Shown here piece after piece: positions 19,507 to 29,415 of a stretch of 45,465 bases of DNA. This DNA is from Anaerolineales bacterium (lineage in GTDB: Bacteria > Chloroflexota > Anaerolineae > Anaerolineales > UBA4823). The first letter of the stretch is position 1, and each line of letters starts with the position of its first letter. The stretch is taken from NCBI GenBank assembly GCA_036393315.1, contig DASWHG010000219.1:1-45465 (forward strand). The letters are read 5' to 3'. The notes under the pieces are model-generated. The model was not told the origin of the DNA and searched no databases. It was given only the letters and a program-made list of their open reading frames with translations. A program made the translations under genes and the position numbers.

Positions 19507-19559
19507 TCAACGATTGCTGTCAACGATTGCCTGTCAACGATTGCTGTCAACGATTGCTG
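19507..19559. repeat. 4 x 13/14-bp direct tandem repeat TCAACGATTGC(C)TG
   Basis: Copies at 19507-19519, 19520-19533 (one extra C), 19534-19546 and 19547-19559, in the birA/rpsB divergent spacer. On the minus strand the array reads TTGACA three times plus TTGATA once. Confidence 0.9.
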
Positions 19560-19581
19560 GACGAATCGGGCGCACTATGAT
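19554..19581 (+). promoter_or_regulatory. candidate rpsB promoter TTGCTG-16 nt-TATGAT
   Basis: The -35-like hexamer lies inside the last repeat copy. The -10 TATGAT is at 19576-19581. This implies a ~210-nt leader before the rpsB ATG. Confidence 0.4.
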
Positions 19582-19797
19582 ATACTCCCCACGCTCCCGC
19601 CAAAGGCAAGCTGCAGGCGGGAGTGATTGTGCCCCTCAGGGGCGGCCTCCGGTGGAGGTCTACCTTATCTCACACGCCTTCCGACCTGCTCGAGCGTGCC
19701 GTTTGTACTCAAAAGGGCAACCAAACCTTCTGCCCTACAAGCGGTGACGGGCGGGGTGGATGGAGGCGGCGGAAAAAACGCGAAGGAGTAATTCGAT

Positions 19798-20922
19798 ATG
19801 CCTGTTGTTTCCATGAAAGCGCTCCTGGAGAGCGGCGTGCACTTTGGGCACCGCACCCACAAGTGGCACCCGGCAATGAAACCTTATATCTTCACCGAGC
19901 GCAACAGCATCCACATCATCGATCTGCAAAAAACCTCAAAAGCCCTGGACCAGGCTTACAACCTGGTGCGGGAGGTCGTGTCCGAGGGCGGCACCGTGCT
20001 GTTCGTCGGGACGAAGCGCCAGGCCCAGGAGACGATCCAGCTCGAAGCCACGCGGGCCGGTGTGCCCTACGTCACCAACCGCTGGTTGGGTGGGATGCTT
20101 ACAAACTGGCGGACCATCCGCCAACGGATCAACGAGTTGGAACGGCTCGAGCGGATGCGTGACCGGGGCGATTTCCAGCGCATCACCAAGAAAGAGACCC
20201 TGATCCTGACCCGGAAAATGGAGCGGCTTGAAATGCTCCTGGGCGGCATCCGCAAGATGGTCCGCCTGCCCGACCTGCTTTTCGTGGTCGACGTGAGCCG
20301 TGAGGACACTGCCATCCATGAAGCCAACCTGCTGGACATCCCCGTGATCGCCATGGTCGACACCAACTGCGACCCAAGCAGGATCGATTACGTCATTCCC
20401 TCGAATGACGATGCAATCCGGGCCATCAAGCTGCTGGTTGGGAAAATCGCCGATGCCGTCGTCGAAGGCAAGGCCTTGCGGAAGGAAGAACCGGAAGAGG
20501 CGTTCGCCGAGGAACGGGCCCGGGCAATCGCCGAAGAGCCGGAGCTGTCGGACGAAGAACTGCTGGGCGAAGCGACGCTTGCGAAGATACCGTCTCGCAG
20601 CCTGGTCGACGATGAGCTGTCGGCAGAACTGGAGGCGGTCGCCAAGCAGGCTGAAGAAGAGGTGATTGAGGAGGAAGAGGCATCGGTGCTTCCTGAGGCT
20701 GAGGAGCTGGCTGAGGCAGAGGCGTTGGAGGAGCCAGAGGAGCTGGCTGAAACAGAAGATCTGCCCGTGGCAGAAGTGTTGCCGGAAGCGCAGGACCTGC
20801 CAGAGGCAGCGGCATCGGAGGAAGCCGCGGAGCTGCCCGAGGCAGAAGACCAGCCTGAGGCTGCCGAGATGCCAGAGGCAGAAGAAGAGGTATTCGAGGT
20901 CGAAGGCGAGGACGAGGATTAG
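19798..20922 (+). CDS. rpsB: 30S ribosomal protein S2 with ~120-aa acidic C-terminal extension
   Basis: Core motifs [20 protein letters not shown] and [18 protein letters not shown] upstream. The tail from about residue 255 is Glu/Ala/Pro/Leu-rich with reiterated (L)PEA units. Confidence 0.95.
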   Translation: MPVVSMKALLESGVHFGHRTHKWHPAMKPYIFTERNSIHIIDLQKTSKALDQAYNLVREVVSEGGTVLFVGTKRQAQETIQLEATRAGVPYVTNRWLGGMLTNWRTIRQRINELERLERMRDRGDFQRITKKETLILTRKMERLEMLLGGIRKMVRLPDLLFVVDVSREDTAIHEANLLDIPVIAMVDTNCDPSRIDYVIPSNDDAIRAIKLLVGKIADAVVEGKALRKEEPEEAFAEERARAIAEEPELSDEELLGEATLAKIPSRSLVDDELSAELEAVAKQAEEEVIEEEEASVLPEAEELAEAEALEEPEELAETEDLPVAEVLPEAQDLPEAAASEEAAELPEAEDQPEAAEMPEAEEEVFEVEGEDED

Positions 20923-20924
20923 TG

Positions 20925-21527
20925 ATGCCGATTTCAGCAGAACAGATTAAAGAGCTGCGCGCCGCCACCGGGGTAGGCATCCTGGAGTGCCGTAAAGCGC
21001 TCGAAGAGGCGGGTGGTGACTTTGAAAAGGCGATGAACATCCTGCGCGAAAGAGGTCTGGCAAAGGCGATCAAGCGCTCCGATCGCGAGGCATCCGAAGG
21101 CGTCCTGGAGCTATATTCTCACGGAAATGGCCGGGTCGGGGTCATGCTCGAGGTCAACAGTGAGACCGACTTTGTCTCTCGCTCCGAAGATTTCCGCAGG
21201 TTCGCCCATGAAGTCGCCTTGCAGATCGCCGCGGCCGCCCCGCTCTACATCCGAGATGAGGATATCCCGGCTGAAGTATTGGAGCAGGAGCGAGAGATTG
21301 CCCGTAATCGTGCCCTGGAAGAAGGCAAGCCAGCTGCTGTTGTCGACCGGATCGTCGAGGGCCGGCTGGAGAAGTTCAAGGAGGAGGTCTGCCTGCTGCG
21401 CCAACCTTACATCCGCGATGAAAAGATTACCATCGAAAACCTTCTACACCAAAACATCGCCGCAATCGGCGAAAACATCGTCATCCGGCGCTTCGTGCGC
21501 TGGGAAGTAGGCGAAAGGACTGCTTGA
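20925..21527 (+). CDS. tsf: translation elongation factor Ts (short form)
   Basis: UBA-like N-terminus ISAEQIKELRAATGVGILECRKALEEAGGDFEKA. ATG at 20925 lies 6 nt after GAGGA. An in-frame GTG at 20922 is an alternative start. Confidence 0.92.
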   Translation: MPISAEQIKELRAATGVGILECRKALEEAGGDFEKAMNILRERGLAKAIKRSDREASEGVLELYSHGNGRVGVMLEVNSETDFVSRSEDFRRFAHEVALQIAAAAPLYIRDEDIPAEVLEQEREIARNRALEEGKPAAVVDRIVEGRLEKFKEEVCLLRQPYIRDEKITIENLLHQNIAAIGENIVIRRFVRWEVGERTA

Positions 21528-21535
21528 ACCAATAT

Positions 21536-21567
21536 AAAAAGGGCCAACCACCAGGTTGGCCCTTTTT
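21536..21567 (+). terminator. rho-independent terminator after tsf
   Basis: AAAAA-GGGCCAACC-ACCA-GGTTGGCCC-TTTTT, a perfect 9-bp GC-rich stem with a U-tract. Confidence 0.85.
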
Positions 21568-21576
21568 ACTGGGTGA

Positions 21577-22341
<765 letters not shown>

Positions 22342-22541
22342 TCGCCGAGCGTTTGACCCAAAGGGAAACGCATCCGCGGACGGCGGGCCAGGAGAATCGC
22401 TCTAACTGCTTGGAGAAGCTCTCGCCCCGCTAAATTGCCCCTTTTCTCGGGAAGCATTTTAGAGTATCCTATAGAAGCTGGCGGGCTTTCGAGACCTGAC
22501 CGGCTGTGGAAGCATTCTCTCTAGAGTTCGATGGAGCGGTT

Positions 22542-23099
22542 ATGCTGAAAGAAATCTATAAAGAAGCTGAAACCCGAATGAAAGGCGCCGTCCAGGCATT
22601 GGAAGAGGACCTGGCAGGCATCCGCACCGGGCGAGCCAGCCCGGCTCTGGTCGAACGGCTGTCGGTCGAATATTACGGGACGCCGACGCCGCTCATCCAG
22701 CTGGCAAGCATCGCCATCCCGGAACCACGTGCGCTGCTCATCCGCCCGTTCGACGCTTCCACATTAAGAGTCATTGAGCGAGCGATCCAGGCTTCTGATT
22801 TGGGGCTGACCCCTAATAACGATGGGAAGAGCATCCGCCTCAACCTGCCGCCCCTGACCGAGGAACGCCGGCGGGACCTGGTGAAGGTCGTCCACAATCG
22901 GGTAGAAGAAAGCCGGGTGGCGGTTCGAAACGTGCGCCGCGATATTAATAAGGATCTGCAGGAGTTCGAGAAAGAAAAAATGATCTCCGAGGACGATCGC
23001 AAGCGCGGCGAGGAAGAGGTGAAGAAGCTCGTCGACCGCTACATCGAAATCATCAATTCGGTGGGCAGCCGTAAGGAGAAGGAAATCCTGGAAGTCTGA
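22542..23099 (+). CDS. frr: ribosome recycling factor
   Basis: 185 aa with RRF pattern [10 protein letters not shown]......YYG..TPL.Q.A and [14 protein letters not shown]. Trimmed to the ATG at 22542, which is preceded by GGAGCGG. Confidence 0.93.
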   Translation: MLKEIYKEAETRMKGAVQALEEDLAGIRTGRASPALVERLSVEYYGTPTPLIQLASIAIPEPRALLIRPFDASTLRVIERAIQASDLGLTPNNDGKSIRLNLPPLTEERRRDLVKVVHNRVEESRVAVRNVRRDINKDLQEFEKEKMISEDDRKRGEEEVKKLVDRYIEIINSVGSRKEKEILEV

Positions 23100-23110
23100 T
23101 CGGAAGGGAA

Positions 23111-23839
23111 ATGACTCTTAAGAAACAAACCGATCTGCCAGAGCGAGTCCCGACACACATTGCCATCATCATGGACGGTAATGGGCGTTGGGCGTTATCC
23201 CGTGGGCTGCCACGCCTGGCCGGGCACCGCGCCGGGACGGAAAACCTGCGGCGGGTGATCGAAGCCTGCGTAGAATTTGGGGTGAAATACCTTACGATCT
23301 ATGCCTTCTCTACAGAAAATTGGGGCCGCCCTCTGGAGGAAGTTCAGGGCTTGATGCGCATCCTCGAAGACGTGATCGACCGGGAACTGCAAGAGCTGCA
23401 CAAGCAAGGGGTGCAGCTGCGCCACATCGGTCGCCTGGACCGCCTGCGCCCATCGCTGCGAGAGAAAGTGCTCAACGCGATCGAGTACACGAAGAATAAC
23501 ACGCGCCTGGTCCTTAACGTAGCTTTCAATTACGGCGGGCGAGACGAGATCGTCTGCGCCATCCAACGCATGATCGCCGATGGCGTCAAGGCCGAAGAGG
23601 TGACCGACGCCATGGTCAGCCAGTACCTGTTCACAGCCGGGGAACCTGACCCGGACCTGATCATCCGCACCTCGGGAGAACTGCGCGGCAGCAACTTCCT
23701 CATCTGGCAGGGTGCCTACTCGGAGTGGTACTTTACCCCAACCTACTGGCCAGATTTTGGGAAAGAAGAATTAGGCCGCGCGCTGGAAGAGTTCAGCCAA
23801 CGCGAGCGCCGCTACGGGCGCGTGCCACAATCCGCCTAA
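23111..23839 (+). CDS. uppS: isoprenyl transferase (undecaprenyl-diphosphate synthase family)
   Basis: Motifs [24 protein letters not shown] and [20 protein letters not shown]. Confidence 0.93.
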   Translation: MTLKKQTDLPERVPTHIAIIMDGNGRWALSRGLPRLAGHRAGTENLRRVIEACVEFGVKYLTIYAFSTENWGRPLEEVQGLMRILEDVIDRELQELHKQGVQLRHIGRLDRLRPSLREKVLNAIEYTKNNTRLVLNVAFNYGGRDEIVCAIQRMIADGVKAEEVTDAMVSQYLFTAGEPDPDLIIRTSGELRGSNFLIWQGAYSEWYFTPTYWPDFGKEELGRALEEFSQRERRYGRVPQSA

Positions 23840-23858
23840 GACAGAGGTCTCATCCATC

Positions 23859-24677
23859 ATGCTTTCAACACGGCTGCTGGTGGCGGTTGTCTTGCTGCCT
23901 GTGGGTCTTGCCGCCATCTACGCCGGCGGTTGGGTATTCGCGGCCGTCATCGTCTTGATCCTGGCACTGGCCGCCTGGGAATATGTACACCTTTTTCGTG
24001 CCTGTGGGATGCAGCCCGCAGGCACGCTCGTTATCGGGGGAGCCATACTGATCACGCTGGGGAGGGCGGTCAACCGCTTCGAGAGCGCAGGCTGGATCAT
24101 CAGCTTGGTAATCATGGCCAGCATGGCCTATCACCTGCTGGCTTACGAGCGTGGCAGGGATCTGGCCGCCACCGATTTCTCGATCACGCTGTCCGGGGCC
24201 TTCTATACCGGCTGGCTGGGGGCTTACTTGATCTCTCTGCGACAGCTTCCGGATGGCTTCTGGTGGATCATGCTCGTTCTCCCGACCGTATGGCTGGCGG
24301 ATTCCGCGGCTTATTTCATCGGCCGCAGCTTCGGCAGGCACCGGCTCAGCCCGCGCCTGAGCCCAAAGAAGACCTGGGAAGGATACCTGGCGGGCGTGGC
24401 CTTTGGAACGCTGGGTGGCGCGTTGCTGGCAGCGCTGTGGAGCCGGATGGCAGGTACACCCCTGGCATTCACCCCCCTGGAAGGCGCTTTTCTCGGTCTG
24501 GTCATCGGCGGGCTGACTACCCTGGGGGATCTGGGTGAGAGCATGATCAAACGCCAGTGCGGGGCTAAAGACTCTAGCAACCTGCTGCCCGGTCATGGAG
24601 GGGTGTTCGACCGCATCGACTCCTGGCTGTGGACGGCAGCCATTGGCTACTATGCGATCGTCTGGCTGCTGATCTAA
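23859..24677 (+). CDS. cdsA: phosphatidate cytidylyltransferase
   Basis: 272 aa polytopic membrane protein with CTP-transferase signature SPKKTWEG and C-terminal GDL.ES..KR..G.KDSS.L.PGHGG..DR.DS. Confidence 0.9.
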   Translation: MLSTRLLVAVVLLPVGLAAIYAGGWVFAAVIVLILALAAWEYVHLFRACGMQPAGTLVIGGAILITLGRAVNRFESAGWIISLVIMASMAYHLLAYERGRDLAATDFSITLSGAFYTGWLGAYLISLRQLPDGFWWIMLVLPTVWLADSAAYFIGRSFGRHRLSPRLSPKKTWEGYLAGVAFGTLGGALLAALWSRMAGTPLAFTPLEGAFLGLVIGGLTTLGDLGESMIKRQCGAKDSSNLLPGHGGVFDRIDSWLWTAAIGYYAIVWLLI

Positions 24678-24678
24678 A

Positions 24679-24707
24679 TTGACATCTCGCCTCAGCCGTG
24701 GTATTAT
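24679..24707 (+). promoter_or_regulatory. near-consensus promoter TTGACA-17 nt-TATTAT (TGg extended -10) for the riboswitch and metK
   Basis: TTGACA at 24679-24684, a 17-nt spacer ending in TGG, and TATTAT at 24702-24707. It sits immediately after the cdsA stop. Confidence 0.6.
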
Positions 24708-24737
24708 CGCTCCCAACAATTCAATAGCCCCTATCGG

Positions 24738-24920
<183 letters not shown>

Positions 24921-24935
24921 CCGCGCAATCATGCA

Positions 24936-24970
24936 TTGCCCTTTCTTGACCGGAAGGGGCAATTTTATTT
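24936..24970 (+). terminator. riboswitch expression-platform terminator
   Basis: 10-bp stem TTGCCCTTTC / GAAGGGGCAA with one G-U pair, then TTTTATTT. The left arm can alternatively pair with GAGAGGGCA (24911-24919, 3' side of P1) to form an antiterminator. Confidence 0.8.
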
Positions 24971-24987
24971 CTCGTGGAGGTCTGATT

Positions 24988-26226
24988 ATGAGCACTACGT
25001 TTATGGAGTCGCCCAGCCTGATGTTTACGTCCGAATCGGTCACGGAGGGTCATCCTGACAAGATCTGTGACCAGCTGAGCGACGTAGTCGTGGATGCCTG
25101 CCTGGAGCAAGATCCGCTCTCGAGAGTCGCCTGCGAGGTAGCCACTAAGACGGGTTTCGTGATGTTCCTGGGCGAGATCACAACTCGAGCGACTCTGAAC
25201 TACGATGACCTGGCTCGCCGGGTGATCACTGAGATCGGTTATGACGACGGGGAGAAGGGGCTCGACGGGAACACCTGCGGGGTGCTGGTCGCGGTGGCCC
25301 GCCAATCCAACGATATCGCTATGGGGGTGAACAAGTCCCTGGAAGTGAAAGAGGGCGAAGTAAGCGACGAGGAGGTTAACAGCATCGGGGCCGGCGACCA
25401 GGGCATGATGTTCGGCTACGCCTGTAACGAGACGCCGGCCTTGATGCCGATGCCGATCTACCTGGCCCACCGGCTCACCCGGCAGCTGGCCGCGTTAAGG
25501 AAAAATGGCACGCTGCCGTGGCTGCGCCCGGATGGGAAAAGCCAGGTGACGGTTGAATACCAGTACGGGCGGCCGAAGCGGGTCGACACCGTGCTGGTGA
25601 GCACACAACATGCCCCGGACGTGTCACAGGAAGAGATCCGGGAGCGGGTGATCGAACAGGTCATCATGCCGGTGTTGCCGCCGGAGATGGTGGACCGCAA
25701 GTTAAAAATCTACGTAAACCCCACCGGGCGCTTCGTGATCGGCGGCCCGCTGGGTGATTCGGGCGTGACCGGGCGAAAGATCATCGTAGATACGTACGGA
25801 GGGATGGGCCGTCACGGCGGCGGCTGCTTCAGCGGAAAAGACCCGACGAAAGTCGACCGTTCGGCGGCCTACGCGGCGCGCTGGGCAGCCAAGAACGTGG
25901 TGGCAGCCAGACTGGCCGACCGCTGCGAAATCCAGGTCGCATACGCCATCGGCGTAGCCCATCCATTAAGCATCAACGTGGAGACATTCGGCACAGGGCG
26001 GATTCCGGCCGAGCAGATTGCCGCCCTGATCCAGGAGCACTTCGACCTGCGACCGGGCGCGATCATCCGGGATTTGAAGCTGCGCCGCCCGATCTACCGG
26101 CAGGTGGCCGCCTACGGGCATTTCGGGCGGGAAGACCTTGACCTCCCCTGGGAGGATACGGGGAAAGCGGAACTGCTGCGAGCCGCGGCCGGTATCGAGG
26201 TCCAGGTCCCCGTCTCAGTAGATTAA
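24988..26226 (+). CDS. metK: S-adenosylmethionine synthetase
   Basis: Motifs [29 protein letters not shown] and [19 protein letters not shown] at 24988 lies 7 nt after GGAGG. The track extension overlaps the terminator. Confidence 0.95.
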   Translation: MSTTFMESPSLMFTSESVTEGHPDKICDQLSDVVVDACLEQDPLSRVACEVATKTGFVMFLGEITTRATLNYDDLARRVITEIGYDDGEKGLDGNTCGVLVAVARQSNDIAMGVNKSLEVKEGEVSDEEVNSIGAGDQGMMFGYACNETPALMPMPIYLAHRLTRQLAALRKNGTLPWLRPDGKSQVTVEYQYGRPKRVDTVLVSTQHAPDVSQEEIRERVIEQVIMPVLPPEMVDRKLKIYVNPTGRFVIGGPLGDSGVTGRKIIVDTYGGMGRHGGGCFSGKDPTKVDRSAAYAARWAAKNVVAARLADRCEIQVAYAIGVAHPLSINVETFGTGRIPAEQIAALIQEHFDLRPGAIIRDLKLRRPIYRQVAAYGHFGREDLDLPWEDTGKAELLRAAAGIEVQVPVSVD

Positions 26227-26241
26227 CCGGCTCCCTCTTTT

Positions 26242-27015
26242 TTATGGCTGCTCCAGCCCGTGGGCCTCTAAGAGCGCGGCGTCTTCCAATAGCATATCCG
26301 TCGGGCCGTCAGCGACGATGCGACCCTCATCGAAGATGACCATGCGGAAGAAAAGGTCTTTCACCAGGCGCATGTCGTGGGTGGAGACCAGCATGGTCAG
26401 CGAGAGCGATCTCAACAGTGCGATCAAACTGCGCCGCGCCCGCGGGTCGAGCCCGGCGGTGGGTTCATCGAGCACCAGGATCTCAGGTTCCATTGAGAGC
26501 ACGGTGGCGATGGCGATGCGCTTCTTCTCGCCCACGCTGAGGTGATGAGAGAGGCGCTCAAGGTAGCCCTGCATCCCAACCTGGTGCAGGGCCTTTTCTA
26601 CCCGGCGGCGTACGTCCGCTTCCGGGTAACCCATGTGCAGCGGCCCGAAGGCCACGTCCTCGAAAACGGTGGGGGAAAAGAGTTGGTCGTCGGGGTTCTG
26701 GAATACCAGACCGACCTTCGCCCGGATGAGCGGCAGGTTGGCGCGGTTCACCGGGAGGCCAGCCACCAGGATCGAGCCCTGGCCGCGCAGGATCCCGTTG
26801 AGATGAAGCATGAGCGTGCTTTTTCCAGCCCCGTTAGGCCCTACCAGGGCGATCTTCTCTCCCCGCTTGACGTGCAGGCTGATGCCATGCAGGGCAGGAT
26901 GCCCATCCGGGTAAGTGAAGCTCAGGTGATCGATGGACAGCACCGGCATACCCGGTGGAGGCACCGGCGCCAGCACCGGGGGCGCGGCGGCCGGTGAAAC
27001 GTGAACGACTGGCAT
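26242..27015 (-). CDS. cbiO: ECF transporter ATPase component (CbiO/EcfA-type)
   Basis: Walker [10 protein letters not shown], signature [12 protein letters not shown] and Walker [15 protein letters not shown] at 27015 lies 7 nt after AGGAA. The TTG at 27021 and the ATG at 26949 are alternative starts. Confidence 0.88.
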   Translation of the reverse strand: MPVVHVSPAAAPPVLAPVPPPGMPVLSIDHLSFTYPDGHPALHGISLHVKRGEKIALVGPNGAGKSTLMLHLNGILRGQGSILVAGLPVNRANLPLIRAKVGLVFQNPDDQLFSPTVFEDVAFGPLHMGYPEADVRRRVEKALHQVGMQGYLERLSHHLSVGEKKRIAIATVLSMEPEILVLDEPTAGLDPRARRSLIALLRSLSLTMLVSTHDMRLVKDLFFRMVIFDEGRIVADGPTDMLLEDAALLEAHGLEQP

Positions 27016-27080
27016 ACGCAAATTCCTATGAGGTAAAGCGGTTTTGCAGGTTATTTACCGGCTGGATAACCTTCGACCGG

Positions 27081-27869
27081 TTAGAGCCGGCTGAACACCT
27101 GGATAGAAACGGAAAAGAGCGCAAGCAATAATAAAGCCAGCCAATCTTTGGCTTGCATCGCGTGGGGGTTGAGCGTGAGTAGCTGGCCTGTATAGCCACG
27201 TGCCAACATGGCGGAATAAACCCGGTCGCTGCGCTCGAAGCTGCGCAGGAAGAGCTGGCCGACCATGTTTCCGGCCACGCGCGCCCGCCAGGCAGCCGAG
27301 AGGCCGCCGCCTCCTTCCGGGCGCGGGCTGCGGGCGTCCCGGGCGCGCAGCAGGCGGGTGCTCTCGTCGGCTAAGACGAAAAGGTAGCGGTACATGAAGG
27401 CGACCACCGCGACCACCATCTTGGGAACGTACAGGTGGCGAAGGGCGTGCAGCAGGTCCGGGAAGTGAGTCGTGGCCGCGAGCAGGATGGCTATCTGCAC
27501 CGACAGCCAGCTGCGCACGACGATGCTGGCAAAGCGGATTAAACCCGCCTCCGTAACCAGCAGCCGCCAGGCGCCCAGCTCCAGGGCGGCAACCGGCCGG
27601 CCGGGGACCGAAAAAATGGCTGAGACAGCCGCCAGGACGAAAGGCAGTGCCACGACAGAACGGTTGACCACAAACCCGGGGCCCAATCTGGCCAGAAGGC
27701 TAATCCCCAGGATCGCTCCCCAGGAGATCAAGAATGCCGCCCAGGCGCCGTCGGGCAGAAGGACGTTCGACAGGATGAACAGGACGGCCATCACGACCTT
27801 GGCGCGCGGGTCGAGAGCGTGGACCAGGCTGGCGCGCGCCTGGTAGCGATCGAACAGGTCAGCGCGCAT
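27081..27869 (-). CDS. cbiQ: ECF transporter transmembrane T component (CbiQ-type)
   Basis: 262 aa multi-TM protein with the conserved DPR motif near the N-terminus (HALDPRAK) and Arg-rich coupling helices (ARDARS). Overlaps the cbiM stop by 11 nt. Confidence 0.85.
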   Translation of the reverse strand: MRADLFDRYQARASLVHALDPRAKVVMAVLFILSNVLLPDGAWAAFLISWGAILGISLLARLGPGFVVNRSVVALPFVLAAVSAIFSVPGRPVAALELGAWRLLVTEAGLIRFASIVVRSWLSVQIAILLAATTHFPDLLHALRHLYVPKMVVAVVAFMYRYLFVLADESTRLLRARDARSPRPEGGGGLSAAWRARVAGNMVGQLFLRSFERSDRVYSAMLARGYTGQLLTLNPHAMQAKDWLALLLLALFSVSIQVFSRL

Positions 27870-28845
27870 CGGTTTCGGGGGCGTTCACCAGGTGCTCTGG
27901 CCTGGATGCCCGGCGGATCGCCCGCAGCAGGAATAATGTCAGCGCGGCCACGACCAGGACGCCAAGCGCTCCGGCCACGACGGTCGAGAGGCCGGTCCCG
28001 CCGAAGAACGGGAAGGTGTAATCTGGGAGGATTTGAAAAGGGAGCGGGCCGGCGTGGCCGGTGAAGCCCAGGTCGGCGGCCACCCGTTCCAGACCATCCG
28101 GGTTGGCTGAGGCCAGCGGGGAAAGCAGGACGACGGCGAAGGTCGCGGCCAGCCCAGCGAATATCCAGCCGCGGCCGCCCGAGCTGCGCTGCGCTTCGAC
28201 AAGGTCGGGGCGGACCCGCGAGATGAAGGCCAGCGCCGCGACCGTGATCAGCGCCTCGCCCAGACCGATCAAGGCATGCACGCCCAGCATGGCTGGCACG
28301 ACGACTCTCAGCAGCGCGGTCCCGCTCAGCCACAGCTGCAGGGCGGTCGCCAGAGCGCCGGCCATGACGGAGAGCCAGGCGGCCAATCCGGCGACCGACA
28401 ATCGAACGGAACGCCGGGTCCCGGCAACGCCGCGATATAAACCATAACCGATCAGCGCCGTCATGAGGCCCATGTTATAGATATTGGCTCCCATCACCAC
28501 CAGGCCGCCGTCCTGGAAGAGCAGCGCCTGCACCCCGATCACGCTGGCCATGACGATCATCGCGGCCCACGGGCCGAGCGTGATGGCAGCCAGTGCCCCG
28601 CCTAACAGGTGCCCGGAAGTGCCCCCGGCGACCGGAAAATTGATCATCTGGGCGGCAAAAATGAACGCGGCCATCACGCCCATCAGCGGAATCTGGCGTT
28701 CGCCCAGCTCGCCCTGCGTGCGGCGAACGGCAATGGCGATCAACCCGATCGAAATCACCCAGAAGATCAAGGCGACCGGCAGGCTGAGGAAACCATCGGG
28801 GATGTGTAAAGGTAAGGGTTTGAATAAAGGGAAATGCGGGACCAT
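27859..28845 (-). CDS. cbiM: ECF Co/Ni substrate-capture component CbiM/NikM fused to a C-terminal PDGLE domain
   Basis: Contains HIPDGFL, MGVMAAFIFAAQMINFPV and GGTSGHLLG, all CbiM-typical. The C-terminal ~110 aa carry two TM segments flanking ANPDGLERVAADLGF (PDGLE motif). ATG at 28845 lies 9 nt after GGAGG. The track start at 28905 was rejected. Confidence 0.85.
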   Translation of the reverse strand: MVPHFPLFKPLPLHIPDGFLSLPVALIFWVISIGLIAIAVRRTQGELGERQIPLMGVMAAFIFAAQMINFPVAGGTSGHLLGGALAAITLGPWAAMIVMASVIGVQALLFQDGGLVVMGANIYNMGLMTALIGYGLYRGVAGTRRSVRLSVAGLAAWLSVMAGALATALQLWLSGTALLRVVVPAMLGVHALIGLGEALITVAALAFISRVRPDLVEAQRSSGGRGWIFAGLAATFAVVLLSPLASANPDGLERVAADLGFTGHAGPLPFQILPDYTFPFFGGTGLSTVVAGALGVLVVAALTLFLLRAIRRASRPEHLVNAPETDAR

Positions 28846-28981
28846 ATTGACAGACCTCCAACAACTTATTATTGCGCGTCGCCCGGCCTGGTAAATATCA
28901 TTCATCCGGCGGCGCCATACCTGTAAAAGGCGTCAAGGGTCATTCTCCGGCGTGAGACTCGCCCGAATCTCAGCGAAGCTG

Positions 28982-29404
28982 TTAGATTTTCTGGCAGTCC
29001 GGGCAAAGGCCGAAGAATGTCTGGTGGACGGAGTCGATGCGGTACCCGGTGCGCACCTCGAACTGCTCGTACAGGGACCGGAGAACGGAATGATCGATCT
29101 CTTCCGTCTGCCCGCAGGCCCGGCAGATCAGGTGATCGTGGTCGTGCTCGGCGATCTGGTAGACCAGCTGCCCAGAGCCGACATGGGCGGCTAAGATCAG
29201 GTCCTGTTCGGTCAGGAAGATCAGCGTCCGGTAGACAGTGGCCTCCGTAAGACCGGGCATCACCTGGCGGGCGCGCAGGTAAATTTCTGAAGGGGAGAGG
29301 TGCTCTCCAGATTGGCGAAGGATGTTCAAAATCGCCAGGCGCTGCGGAGTCAGGCGGTAGCCCTGGGCACGCAAGCCAGAGATGGAAGGATCAAGATCAT
29401 TCAT
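28982..29404 (-). CDS. Fur-family metalloregulator (Fur/Zur/Nur/PerR type)
   Basis: 140 aa with a winged helix (RLTPQRLAILNIL...HLSPSEIY). Metal sites HDHDHLICRACG and a C-terminal CPDC. No SD precedes the ATG. Co-oriented with and 136 nt upstream of cbiM. Confidence 0.85.
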   Translation of the reverse strand: MNDLDPSISGLRAQGYRLTPQRLAILNILRQSGEHLSPSEIYLRARQVMPGLTEATVYRTLIFLTEQDLILAAHVGSGQLVYQIAEHDHDHLICRACGQTEEIDHSVLRSLYEQFEVRTGYRIDSVHQTFFGLCPDCQKI

Positions 29405-29415
29405 TGTTGTGGGTG

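Noticed and set aside
19594-19623. Possible SRP (4.5S) RNA fragment, based on GCCAAAGGCAAG resembling the E. coli GCCAAGGCAG segment
   Set aside because: The conserved domain IV features (GGAA tetraloop context and symmetric/asymmetric loop sequences) are not present. The similarity is a short chance match inside the rpsB leader.
19481-19747. 88-aa plus-strand ORF running through the tandem repeat, giving a reiterated QRLLSTIA peptide
   Set aside because: There is no SD. The peptide repeat is simply the translated 13/14-bp DNA repeat. The ORF spans the rpsB promoter and leader.
22342-22541. 200-nt pyrH-frr spacer examined for an ncRNA or promoter
   Set aside because: I found only a weak 6-bp hairpin (GCGTTT/AAACGC) and poor promoter hexamers, which is not enough to call a feature.
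28846-28981. Cobalamin riboswitch, NikR operator or classical Fur box between the regulator gene and cbiM
   Set aside because: The region is only 136 nt with no B12-box-like sequence and no NikR-type inverted repeat. AATGATAT is only a weak half-match to a Fur box, so nothing was called.
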